IMG/VR virus record: IMGVR_UViG_3300022666_000227
Span: 1-54,176 of that record
DNA length: 54,176 nt
Strand: one strand, 5' to 3'
Source of the DNA: a virus
Taxonomy: Duplodnaviria; Caudoviricetes
The translations under genes and the position numbers were made by a program. This document shows positions 30,433 through 39,775 of this stretch, piece after piece (the first letter of the stretch is position 1; each line of letters begins with the position of its first letter). The notes under the pieces are model-generated. The model saw nothing but the letters and a program-made list of their open reading frames with translations. It searched no databases and was not told the origin of the DNA.

Positions 30433-30760
30433 CAGATTCCTCTTCTAGTTCATTTAAAATAAGATCACATATAACATCTTTATCTTCAATAGTCAATGAT
30501 CTTTGCCCAAAATTATAAAGATTGATACGAATTCTCTCTTCTCCACTATATAAAACCATACTATCTAAAATATAAACAAAGCTTTCAGTCAAGGCAGGAT
30601 CCGGAACAATATACAGTAGACCTTTTGCTTTAGGATTTAAATTATGCTTAAGATAAAGACTTGCTACACCTTTAGGAGCAATATTAATATGGGCCTTATT
30701 CTCATAATAAAGATTTGCAATACCATCAGAAATAATATCATAATCAGAATCTTCTATCAT
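30425..30760 (-). CDS. degenerate dUTPase-fold protein
   Basis: INIAPKG and IRINLYNFGQRSLTIEDKDVICDLIL resemble the trimeric dUTPase scaffold; catalytic RSS, GxxDxxY and RGxxGFGSTG motifs absent. Confidence 0.45.
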   Translation of the reverse strand: MIEDSDYDIISDGIANLYYENKAHINIAPKGVASLYLKHNLNPKAKGLLYIVPDPALTESFVYILDSMVLYSGEERIRINLYNFGQRSLTIEDKDVICDLILNELEEESDD

Positions 30761-31188
30761 TTTACACCTGTGCTTCCATGTCCACCACGATTTTCATCTT
30801 CCATCTCATCAACTTCAATAATATTAACAGATGGCATTTTTTGCATAATTCTAAACTGACAAATCCTATTATTTTTAGGGATAGTAGTATCTTTATGAGC
30901 CAATGCATTAAGAAACCACTGATCATCATTCCCACAGTATGACTCATCAACAATACCAATTGAGTTAACAACTGTAATACCATAATTCTTAAAAGTAGAA
31001 GATCGAGGAGCTATCCAAGCTTCATATCCTTCAGGTAATTTCATAGCTACACCAAGAGGAATAAGCTTCCGTTCTCCAGCTTTCATCTCAATTGTTTCTG
31101 CAGCACGAAGGTCAATCCAATCACCAACAGCAATTTTTGCTATCTTATCGATTTCTTTATTAAAATATTTAACTTTAATATCTAACAT
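30757..31188 (-). CDS. dut: trimeric dUTPase
   Basis: WIDLRA, PRSS, GIVDESYCG, RICQF, NRGGHGSTG. Confidence 0.95.
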   Translation of the reverse strand: MLDIKVKYFNKEIDKIAKIAVGDWIDLRAAETIEMKAGERKLIPLGVAMKLPEGYEAWIAPRSSTFKNYGITVVNSIGIVDESYCGNDDQWFLNALAHKDTTIPKNNRICQFRIMQKMPSVNIIEVDEMEDENRGGHGSTGVK

Positions 31189-31206
31189 AATTCTCCTGAA
31201 AAAGAT

Positions 31207-31230
31207 ATAGGAGAGATTTCTCTCTCCTAT
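31207..31230 (-). terminator. GAAA-loop hairpin / probable terminator
   Basis: ATAGGAGAGA-GAAA-TCTCTCCTAT then ATCTTTTT and AGGAG RBS of dut. Confidence 0.7.
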
Positions 31231-31258
31231 TCTTAATTAATCTTTCCTTTATTAAAGC

Positions 31259-31507
31259 TTATTCTACAGTTGGCTCTTCAGTCTGAACCAATTCTTTAGT
31301 TAGCTGATATAGCTTCTCATTAAGATCATCCATTTCTTTTGCAAGATCATCTTTGTTTACAATGCCTGCATCACTAAGGATTTTAATAAGAGCATTAATC
31401 ATTAGATAGCTAATATATCCCTGGTTCTCTAGGGAAAGAAGCCTATCTTCAAGAGGGATACCTGGCTGCTCTTCAGTTAATGCATCAGTCTTAATTTCTT
31501 CTGTCAT
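31259..31507 (-). CDS. hypothetical acidic protein
   Basis: 82 aa ORF with AGGAG RBS. Confidence 0.65.
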   Translation of the reverse strand: MTEEIKTDALTEEQPGIPLEDRLLSLENQGYISYLMINALIKILSDAGIVNKDDLAKEMDDLNEKLYQLTKELVQTEEPTVE

Positions 31508-31519
31508 TTAAATCTCCTG

Positions 31520-32371
31520 TTACTCGTTTGATAGTATTTTGATTTTATAGAGAATATCCTCTATTCGCTCATTCAGTTCTTCTTGTGTTTCATATTTTAA
31601 CACAGAAAGTATTTGTTTTGTATCTAATCCAAGATATTCAATCATATAGAGGATATATTTTTCATAGTATGTTAAACATTTAAAGATATCATCTTCTCTA
31701 ACTAATGCAGAAATTTGTATGTTATCATATATAGAGTTTAATATCTTATCTTCTTCATCATTTACTAACGATGAATAATAATAGTTCAATCTATCAATCT
31801 GATCATTAGTCTCACCATTTTCATCTTCAAACTTATCTGGCATATCTTTTACATTAACAATTGCATCATTAGAATGCTTCATAATTCTAGAGTGCAATTG
31901 AAACTTAGTTATAAACTGTATATAATAGATACAATCACATCCTTCTATGACTTGCATCTTTCTAACAGTCTCAGTAATAATAGATATAACCATATTATAT
32001 ATATCTTCATATGAAAAATGTCTCATAATCCATCTAATCCTATATACAGCTTGCATATACGTCTGATATGTTAGATTAGCCTTCTCTTCTGGTGAAAGAA
32101 AGAGATAGAGAAATTTCTTCATATATGGATTAAGGAATATCTGTTGACTAGCATTTCCAGGAGTAATAATTATAGTATAAGTATTAATTATACCTTCTAA
32201 TGCTTTGATTACTTCAAGCAAATCATTTTCATTATTACTCTTTTTATACTTTTCAACTAGTCTAGTTACTAGACCATAATCATTCCAATCTCGTTTTTTA
32301 GATCTTTTTTTATTCTTGGATATATTACTAAGAATATCAACACTAGGTTCTTTTACTTCTTCAGACATCAC
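31520..32371 (-). CDS. divergent sigma-70-like factor (putative)
   Basis: LVEKYK...DLLEVIK and SYEDIYN (region 2-like); CLTYYEKYIL...GLDTKQI (region 4-like HTH). Confidence 0.45.
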   Translation of the reverse strand: MMSEEVKEPSVDILSNISKNKKRSKKRDWNDYGLVTRLVEKYKKSNNENDLLEVIKALEGIINTYTIIITPGNASQQIFLNPYMKKFLYLFLSPEEKANLTYQTYMQAVYRIRWIMRHFSYEDIYNMVISIITETVRKMQVIEGCDCIYYIQFITKFQLHSRIMKHSNDAIVNVKDMPDKFEDENGETNDQIDRLNYYYSSLVNDEEDKILNSIYDNIQISALVREDDIFKCLTYYEKYILYMIEYLGLDTKQILSVLKYETQEELNERIEDILYKIKILSNE

Positions 32372-33000
32372 TTACCCTTATCTACTAACCATTTAGCAAT
32401 AAAATATGCATCAGCTAAATCACATAATGCAATAGACTTTATTTTAGCAGAAGATAAATAGTCTGTAAAGCTTTTTTTAATATTATCTGGTAATTTTGAT
32501 ATAGTTAATTCTTTTGTCTTTTCTTTTATCTCTTGTTTATTCTTATTGTTAACCTTCTGTTCTTCTTTAGTTAACTTCTGTCCACGCTTAGCTCTTATAA
32601 TAGGATATGTATCATTAATAAGCCTTTGTTCAACAGCAGTTATAACATCAGCTCTCCACTCTTTAACAGATACTATATCTACCTTAACATTAGGGAATAA
32701 GTCTAATAACTTCACCCTAAGTATCCAACTATTAGCACTGATAAGATCAGCCATACTAGATGGACTATTATAAGATAGTCTTTCCAAAGCTATATGAAGT
32801 GTAACAATCTCATTCTTAGGGATATTATCAAGTATAAAGCTACTTATTTGAGTGCTATTATATAACAACAATTTCTCATCATTATATTCACTAGTAGTAG
32901 AGCTAACAATCTTCTGGCTAATAAGATTATACTCTTTATCAAGAATAACAATTGCAGTAGATCTAAGAGAAAGGTCTATTGATACATATACATCACTCAT
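32368..33000 (-). CDS. RuvC-like Holliday junction resolvase
   Basis: VSIDLSLRSTAIV, IALER, DLADAYFIA RNase H-fold motifs. Confidence 0.75.
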   Translation of the reverse strand: MSDVYVSIDLSLRSTAIVILDKEYNLISQKIVSSTTSEYNDEKLLLYNSTQISSFILDNIPKNEIVTLHIALERLSYNSPSSMADLISANSWILRVKLLDLFPNVKVDIVSVKEWRADVITAVEQRLINDTYPIIRAKRGQKLTKEEQKVNNKNKQEIKEKTKELTISKLPDNIKKSFTDYLSSAKIKSIALCDLADAYFIAKWLVDKGK

Positions 33001-33289
33001 CTTCTACCTTTTCATATGTAGCAAAAAATATATCTCTTTTACAAGGATATCTTTCACCAGCAACACCAGTTATAATAAAATCACCTGCTGTAATCTCATG
33101 GAATCCTTCAAGAGTTTTAATAGCAGGGATTCTATTACACTTAGGAAGAGGACCATTTTTATCATAATATCCTACAAATTTACCCATAAGATCATAACAA
33201 GCATATCCATCTTCCATGCCATATTCATACTCAGCTGCATCTATAACTACTGGTTTTTTCCTGTATTTAGCCATTTTCATTATCCTCAA
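32993..33289 (-). CDS. conserved phage protein (PGDYG-like)
   Basis: KYRKKPVVIDA...IKTLEG...GDFIITGVAGERYPCKRDIFFATYE. Confidence 0.75.
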   Translation of the reverse strand: MRIMKMAKYRKKPVVIDAAEYEYGMEDGYACYDLMGKFVGYYDKNGPLPKCNRIPAIKTLEGFHEITAGDFIITGVAGERYPCKRDIFFATYEKVEDE

Positions 33290-33722
33290 GAGACTTCTTA
33301 CTCCGCTTGCCTACTTTAGTGCCTACAATCTCTTTAAGCTTTTCTTTTAAGATTTCTTGCTCTTTAATTATATCATTATGTTCAAGAAATAACTGGAGAA
33401 TTTGCTTATCAAAACTATCTAATACCTCTTCAGCCCTACACTCATGAGAGCACTGGCTATTATCTTTATTATATGCCTCAACAACACCAATAAGTTCTCT
33501 ATATATCTGAACATCTTTATCTAGAGCATTTTTACCAACCAAAGAGCAGGATGGTATAATAATAGTACCACATTTAATACACTTTAATAGTGTTACACTA
33601 GTATGTTCTGAAGGAATAGGATCTCCAGCATTCCATACTCTAACACCATTAGCCCCAAAAACTTGAGGATTAATTTGTTCAAACAATACAGATTCACATT
33701 TAGAACATTTAAAATAACTCAT
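33267..33722 (-). CDS. zinc-ribbon protein
   Basis: Likely start MSYFKCSKC at 33722; second CIKC pair; C-terminal coiled coil. Confidence 0.6.
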   Translation of the reverse strand: MSYFKCSKCESVLFEQINPQVFGANGVRVWNAGDPIPSEHTSVTLLKCIKCGTIIIPSCSLVGKNALDKDVQIYRELIGVVEAYNKDNSQCSHECRAEEVLDSFDKQILQLFLEHNDIIKEQEILKEKLKEIVGTKVGKRSKKSLEDNENG

Positions 33723-33732
33723 ATTTTTCCTT

Positions 33733-34434
33733 TTATTGACATGAAATAGAATCAGAACATATTTTACAATTATACAGATTTTTGTATAAATATGCATCTT
33801 TAATTGGTGTAATTAAATTACATAATTCTTGATAGTCATCTTCAAACCTACTTGGAATAAACTTCATCTCAATAATATCATTTACATCAGGATCAATAAT
33901 CTTAACCTTAATATCTTTATTGAATGAAGAAGACAAAAAGCTATATGTTGTATAGTAATGTGCCCAATATTTAATCTTATCTTTTATAGCAATAGCATTT
34001 GAAAAATCTTCAAATTCAATAAAAGTAAGGTTCTTTTCATCATCAATTAATCCAAAGTCAACGATATCTCTATAGATAATATTAGTATTATAAATACTAA
34101 TATCTATAGGGATGTTATATCCAATAAACACTTCATTAGAAAAGTTGGCAAATAGATTATTCAATTTTGTAATTAATACTTCAGAATCTAATATAGAGAC
34201 TATGCTTTTCTTATTTGTGAAATATTTATTAGTATACTTAGTCCTATATTCTGCTAGGTCTAATTTTACATTTTCTTTCATTTCATAGGAAGCAATAGAT
34301 TTAATATGATCTTTCATCCTTACAATAGATTCTTTTGGCTTTGATATATCTGTATATTTATCATTAAGAACATATTTGCCAAACTTAAACCTACATTCTA
34401 AGAATGCATCAATATGATACTTGCTAATTATCAT
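33733..34434 (-). CDS. degenerate PD-(D/E)XK/RecB-like protein
   Basis: FLECRFKF, DIVDF...FIEFE (Lys missing), C-terminal CKICSDSISC. Confidence 0.5.
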   Translation of the reverse strand: MIISKYHIDAFLECRFKFGKYVLNDKYTDISKPKESIVRMKDHIKSIASYEMKENVKLDLAEYRTKYTNKYFTNKKSIVSILDSEVLITKLNNLFANFSNEVFIGYNIPIDISIYNTNIIYRDIVDFGLIDDEKNLTFIEFEDFSNAIAIKDKIKYWAHYYTTYSFLSSSFNKDIKVKIIDPDVNDIIEMKFIPSRFEDDYQELCNLITPIKDAYLYKNLYNCKICSDSISCQ

Positions 34435-36874
34435 TTTTTGAGCTCTCCTCTTGTGTCTTTCTAGCGTCTACTATACTCTTTACTTCTCTTGCACTTATAT
34501 GATCATATATAGCAAGCTCTGGATGGAATTTAAAGAATACAGACTTTTTATACGTAGAAAATTTATTCTTAAGGATCAAGCCTTCAACTATAGGCTTAAC
34601 TTCATCTCTAAAATAATAACCAGCATCTTTATCATATTCCATAGTTTTAGCATCAAAGCATAATTCAGCTTCTTCTCTTAATGAATTGATCTCATTCCAT
34701 AAGAATATAATCATGTTAGCATCATACTGTAGAGAACCAGCAGACTTAATAGTACTTGCATCAGTATGCTTCTTATACATATCCATTTTATTAAGCTCTA
34801 CTGTACATATTTCAACACAATCATATTTATTTGTAAATGTTTTTAATTGCTGTGAAATATATTGATACTTTAGATTTTGATCATCATATCCCATTTCAGT
34901 TGTAAGCTTGTGGAAGTTATCACAAAACACAACAATATTTCTATTAGGATATTTATTGCGGTAATACTTAATAAGATTCTCATGATATTCTACATCAGTT
35001 TTATGAGTGCTATCTTTTATGACCAATCTATCATTTCGTACCCACTCAGAAACAAGCCTATATGCTTCTTTCCTCTTCCTATTCATTTCTACATCCAAAT
35101 AATATCCTGGATTTTTAAGCCAATTCATATTTATAGATGTAAGATTTGAGATAATCCTATTTTGATATACTCCTCGACTATCATCAATTGTATGAATAAT
35201 ACACATAGCATTATCATTTAGTCTAATAATATTATTCAATAATGAAACAAATAATGATGATTTACCAGCATTAGGAGAGCTAGGAACAAGAATAAACGCT
35301 TCATTTGCTGGAATAGGAGAATACTTATCAATATCCTCAATCCCAGTTAAGATCACAGGACTTTGCTCACCAGAATCCTCATTCTCTTCCATAGCATGTA
35401 ATGCCTTTAGACATTCATTACTAGAAAACAATTCTTCATCATTACTATTAGAATTCAACATACCAATCTTTGTTTCAATAAGATTGACAGCAGCACTTAA
35501 TGCTTCAGGATTCATAGAAATAAGCTCTTTTGCTTCATCAAATACTTTTAAAGCATATTCGCTTTTCCTATCTTTAGAAGAAGAGATCTTTTGTTCAACC
35601 TCAGAATGGATAACGCTTTTGTCAATATCGGTCATATCAGCAATAATGGTCTCAATCTTAAGTCGATTAATAGGACTTCTTTCTGATGCTATAAGAGGGA
35701 TAACAGCTTCAACAGCAGCATATACATCACTTCTGGCATATAGCTCTTGAGTAGCATACCATTCTAGTGCATTACGCTCAGGTATTTGTCTGAATGCATC
35801 AGCACTATATTTACGGATAAACTCATCAGGATCCTTTATTTCAGGAAAGCCTGACATATCAATAATATACCAATCTACAGGCTTCTTACCATAATACTTC
35901 TCAATAATCTCTTTTGCTCTAGCTCTCCCTTTATCATCATTATCTAGAGTAAGAACAAGAGCAGTAGCTCCTAAGCTAATAAGCTTATCAATAGTTACAT
36001 CCGATAAAGCTAAGCCACCTAAAGCAATAGCATTATGTATTCCATTTAGCTTAAGAGAATGCTTACATCCATGACCTTCAACAAGCATAATTTTATGAAA
36101 ATCTTTAACATCATTTATTCCATAAGGACATAATGACTTTTCATAGATACCAGTAAAATTTGCCGTTGAATTATATTTCATTGGAGCTTTAGGTTTAATA
36201 ATTTCAAGAGAGTTTAATGCCTTTTCATATTCAGCCTTTTTCTCTTCAAACTTAACATCTCTACTATAGAAAGCACAAACATAATTGTACTCATTCTTTA
36301 TAGTAAAGATAATATTATCAGGATTAAAAATATCAGCTCTATCTAAACCAGATAGCTCAATAAAATCTTTTGTAAATCCATGATTATATAATAGATCCAT
36401 TATATCTTTAAAGCTATTTACACAACCTAGTCCATATTCAATTGAGTTTTTCCTATCCCACTTACGCTTGTTACATTCTTTTTTAAAACAATCTGTAGGA
36501 TTATTCTTTGCTTCTAACTCAATAAAATCTGCTACAATTTTATATGCCCTAAAGTAATTATATTTTAATGCTACTTTTTCTTCATTAGTATGAGCAATAC
36601 TATATTTTATATCATATCTTTCTGCAAGCTTAAAAACATTCTCAGAAAGAAAATCATTCCCAGAAATAGGAAAGTCTTCTAGCTCATGAGCGAGACTAAA
36701 TATATCATAGCTTTTATTGCAACGTCCAAAACAAGTCACAAAGATACCTGATTTATGAAGAGACATACTAGGATCAGAGTCACCTTCGTGAACAATACAA
36801 CTAAATTTTTTATAGGGATCTGATACCCCATGCTCTATAAGATAATCTGGAAGCTTAAGCCTTACAGAATTCAT
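34424..36874 (-). CDS. DnaG-type primase / DnaB-type helicase fusion
   Basis: CHC2 zinc finger CIVH...DPSM...CFGRC, TOPRIM LVEG and LDNDDKG, KDPDE, Walker A SPNAGKS, CDNFHKL, SLQYDAN. Confidence 0.9.
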   Translation of the reverse strand: MNSVRLKLPDYLIEHGVSDPYKKFSCIVHEGDSDPSMSLHKSGIFVTCFGRCNKSYDIFSLAHELEDFPISGNDFLSENVFKLAERYDIKYSIAHTNEEKVALKYNYFRAYKIVADFIELEAKNNPTDCFKKECNKRKWDRKNSIEYGLGCVNSFKDIMDLLYNHGFTKDFIELSGLDRADIFNPDNIIFTIKNEYNYVCAFYSRDVKFEEKKAEYEKALNSLEIIKPKAPMKYNSTANFTGIYEKSLCPYGINDVKDFHKIMLVEGHGCKHSLKLNGIHNAIALGGLALSDVTIDKLISLGATALVLTLDNDDKGRARAKEIIEKYYGKKPVDWYIIDMSGFPEIKDPDEFIRKYSADAFRQIPERNALEWYATQELYARSDVYAAVEAVIPLIASERSPINRLKIETIIADMTDIDKSVIHSEVEQKISSSKDRKSEYALKVFDEAKELISMNPEALSAAVNLIETKIGMLNSNSNDEELFSSNECLKALHAMEENEDSGEQSPVILTGIEDIDKYSPIPANEAFILVPSSPNAGKSSLFVSLLNNIIRLNDNAMCIIHTIDDSRGVYQNRIISNLTSINMNWLKNPGYYLDVEMNRKRKEAYRLVSEWVRNDRLVIKDSTHKTDVEYHENLIKYYRNKYPNRNIVVFCDNFHKLTTEMGYDDQNLKYQYISQQLKTFTNKYDCVEICTVELNKMDMYKKHTDASTIKSAGSLQYDANMIIFLWNEINSLREEAELCFDAKTMEYDKDAGYYFRDEVKPIVEGLILKNKFSTYKKSVFFKFHPELAIYDHISAREVKSIVDARKTQEESSKNDN

Positions 36875-36912
36875 TACCTCTTCAACTGACGTTAAAATAA
36901 AGCACCTCCCAA

Positions 36913-37209
36913 TTAAAGAATTATACTATTATCTGGTTGAATAATAATATTGTGGAATTTATTTACATACTTTTCATATAGATTAAGGAAGGCATCTTCC
37001 ATAGAAATTTCTGCAATCACATGATGAAGGATAACATATTTTTCTTCTTTCATAAACAACGGAGCAACAGATACCTCTCCTGGTTGCATACCAGGAACAA
37101 GCTTAAATGGATATTTAAGTTTTATCCTTCCATTATCATACTCTTTTTCGCCAATAATATACCCTAGACCTGTTGCATAAATTTTTACATTATCTTTATT
37201 AATATCCAT
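36913..37209 (-). CDS. hypothetical protein (possible Sm-like fold)
   Basis: Likely start MDINKD at 37209 (TAATG overlap); IIGEK...LKYPF pattern. Confidence 0.55.
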   Translation of the reverse strand: MDINKDNVKIYATGLGYIIGEKEYDNGRIKLKYPFKLVPGMQPGEVSVAPLFMKEEKYVILHHVIAEISMEDAFLNLYEKYVNKFHNIIIQPDNSIIL

Positions 37210-37358
37210 TATTTCTCCCAACTATTACTTTTACTGAAGTCTATATATCCATCAGTCTTAATTTTGTCGTATTTCATAATAATTCCTAGGCTAACTACAG
37301 CACCTAGTACTTTTATAACTCCAGCTATCTTTCGTAAAGTCCCTATTTCTAAATTCAT
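37209..37358 (-). CDS. small hypothetical protein (49 aa) with hydrophobic segment
   Basis: MNLEIGTLRKIAGVIKVLGAVVSLGIIMK...WEK fills the gap, AAGGTG RBS, stop overlaps next ATG; below ORF-track cutoff. Confidence 0.6.
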   Translation of the reverse strand: MNLEIGTLRKIAGVIKVLGAVVSLGIIMKYDKIKTDGYIDFSKSNSWEK

Positions 37359-37367
37359 CAAACACCT

Positions 37368-38411
37368 TTAAAAAAATTTATGTATATTCTTAATTGCAGT
37401 ATATAATTCAAGCTCTTTTAATTCATTATAGAATCCACTATAATTATTTGTATTTTCTACTTTGTAATATTTTGCCTCAGTATTTAGATATGCCAACTTA
37501 AGACTAGTATTTAATTGGTCAACTAGCTGAATTGTAGGCGATTGAGGGACAGCAAAGTCAGCAAAACTATCACATGTTTTACACTTTATACATGTATTCC
37601 CATTACAATTACTTACCAATTTCTTTTTATATTTATCAGGAACGTTTTTCCAATCATCCCATAAATCAGATATATGGTCATATTTATTTATAAAATATTC
37701 AGCAGCCTTCGGTCCTAATCCTACAATAAGATTATAATTATCAGCTATATCTCCTATAATAGCAAGAAACTCGCTAAACCTTTCAGGGCCAGGAATAGAA
37801 ACATTCCATTTCTTTTTCATATATCTATGAAATTCAGGAATACCAAATATTTCTTTTGCTTTATGCAATTTAATGTTTTCATACATAAGTAAAGGAAACA
37901 TATCTTTATCATCAGAAGAGACAACAACATCATGACCTTCTTCTGCAAGCTCAATAGCTCTACATGCCAACACATCATCTGACTCATCTGTTTCAGAAGT
38001 ATAACAAGCTATCTTACTCGTCATAGGAAATAGCTCTAATGCTTTTTCCATTTGATATGTAATAAACTCTGGCTTCTCACCTCTATTTGCCTTATAGCCA
38101 TCTATAAGATTACTTCTATCTAATTGTCCCTTTGGTGGGTCAAATACCATTTCAATTTTATATCCCTCATCTATTCTAGTAATAAGCTGAAGGAATATAC
38201 CATATAATCCACCTGTTACAATTCCACTAGATGTCTGTAAAGGAATTTTACCTTTACCGCCACATATAGAGCATTCTTTATTTGAATTAGCTCGTTTTTG
38301 ACAGATACAGTCACGAACTTGAGCAAAGGTACTATTATATACATGGAAGCTTGTATCAACTAACCAATATTTTTTTTTCTTATTTTCATCATTCTTAAAT
38401 TTATGAAACAT
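37368..38411 (-). CDS. 5'-3' exonuclease / flap endonuclease (PolA N-domain-like)
   Basis: LVDTS, FDPP, YKANR, ESDDVLA, SDDKDM, IGDIADN, GLGPKAA; two Cys-rich insertions. Confidence 0.9.
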   Translation of the reverse strand: MFHKFKNDENKKKKYWLVDTSFHVYNSTFAQVRDCICQKRANSNKECSICGGKGKIPLQTSSGIVTGGLYGIFLQLITRIDEGYKIEMVFDPPKGQLDRSNLIDGYKANRGEKPEFITYQMEKALELFPMTSKIACYTSETDESDDVLACRAIELAEEGHDVVVSSDDKDMFPLLMYENIKLHKAKEIFGIPEFHRYMKKKWNVSIPGPERFSEFLAIIGDIADNYNLIVGLGPKAAEYFINKYDHISDLWDDWKNVPDKYKKKLVSNCNGNTCIKCKTCDSFADFAVPQSPTIQLVDQLNTSLKLAYLNTEAKYYKVENTNNYSGFYNELKELELYTAIKNIHKFF

Positions 38412-39420
38412 CTCGTTCTCTTAAAATATTTATTAAAGGTTCATGCTTTTTATTCTTGTCAACGCTTAATATATTTTTATGTACATTAACATTACGCAAC
38501 ATAGGAGATATATTAGGATTATATTTACCTAATGGGTTGTCAAATAGACAACAATTATCATGTTTACATACAAGCTTATTTACAACTGAATTACAACATA
38601 TTCCTATATAAACATCTTCTAAATTTTGTATTTTTTCTAGGATAGGCAAAAGTGCTCCAAGATATACCATATTATCATATGTATAAAATTTATTTGCATA
38701 TTTATCAGATAGTATATCAATAAACTTCTTATCAATCATCTTAGATAAAAATGACTTAAAGTAATCAGTAGCAAACAATTGCTTAATGGTAAATTTGCTA
38801 ATCCCTTTACTATAAGCTTTAGAAATTATATTTGCAACATCACCATCATTTATTCCAATGATAAAAGGATCAATAATTATAGATACATTTAATCCCTTAT
38901 TTACAAGCTCTTCAGCTTTATCTAGAATATTTTTAGTTGAAGAAAATTTAGGAGATATAGAACCTCTAACTATATCTCCCAAATATGAATCATCAACAAC
39001 CACCCTAAATTGGATGAGTACATCTTCTTTAGATTTTTCAAATAGTTCTATAAATCTTTCTGGTATTTCATGTATTGCAGTTTTGAATATTACTTGTGAC
39101 TTATTATCTAAAAAATCCTTACACATAAAGTAAGAATTATTAGTTGTACCCTCACTATACAATGGATCACAATTTCTAGATATAGTAATAGGAGTCTTGT
39201 ATAAATTTGTATTATACAATTTTTCAGATGGAAATCTAGTATTAAATTGTCTATCTAACATTTTTAATGGAGGGTCAACTTTAGAATAACAAAATTCACA
39301 ATCTAAGCATTTATGATTTATAAAATATGAATAATCTAATCGAAAACAACATGCTCTCTGTTGAGCTGTATTTGTTGCATATTGTTTTGTAGGTTTTTTA
39401 TTCTGTGTCATCTTCTTCAC
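38401..39420 (-). CDS. divergent radical SAM-like protein (SplB-like)
   Basis: RLDYSY...KCLDCEFCY, NCDP, IDPFIIGIND, late GICC and NCC. Confidence 0.55.
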   Translation of the reverse strand: MKKMTQNKKPTKQYATNTAQQRACCFRLDYSYFINHKCLDCEFCYSKVDPPLKMLDRQFNTRFPSEKLYNTNLYKTPITISRNCDPLYSEGTTNNSYFMCKDFLDNKSQVIFKTAIHEIPERFIELFEKSKEDVLIQFRVVVDDSYLGDIVRGSISPKFSSTKNILDKAEELVNKGLNVSIIIDPFIIGINDGDVANIISKAYSKGISKFTIKQLFATDYFKSFLSKMIDKKFIDILSDKYANKFYTYDNMVYLGALLPILEKIQNLEDVYIGICCNSVVNKLVCKHDNCCLFDNPLGKYNPNISPMLRNVNVHKNILSVDKNKKHEPLINILRERDVS

Positions 39421-39775
39421 TTGTTACATATTTATTGAATTTATTGAAAATATAAATAAAGCTTACTTTCTCATTGTAATCTATTTGTTCGTAATTTATC
39501 CCAAATTGTTTACAAATCCGAATTAGCCTATCATCCCTATTCTGTTGTTTATTAAAATCTATCAGTGTATTTATCTTGCTTTTACCAAACCCAGATGGTT
39601 TATGATGTTGAATACCATGTATTTCAACAACAAGATTTTTAGATGGAATCCAAATATCAACTCTAATCCCTTTATGTAAACAATTGTTTGTAATTTTATC
39701 TAAAGTCGTTTCAGATTTGATATCGGCAAACAACATCTTCAAATAGGTATATGCCTCAGTCTGTTGTTTTGACAT
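39398..39775 (-). CDS. Vsr/DUF559-like endonuclease
   Basis: RVDIWIPSKNLVVEIHGIQHH...QQNRDDRL. Confidence 0.7.
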   Translation of the reverse strand: MSKQQTEAYTYLKMLFADIKSETTLDKITNNCLHKGIRVDIWIPSKNLVVEIHGIQHHKPSGFGKSKINTLIDFNKQQNRDDRLIRICKQFGINYEQIDYNEKVSFIYIFNKFNKYVTSEEDDTE

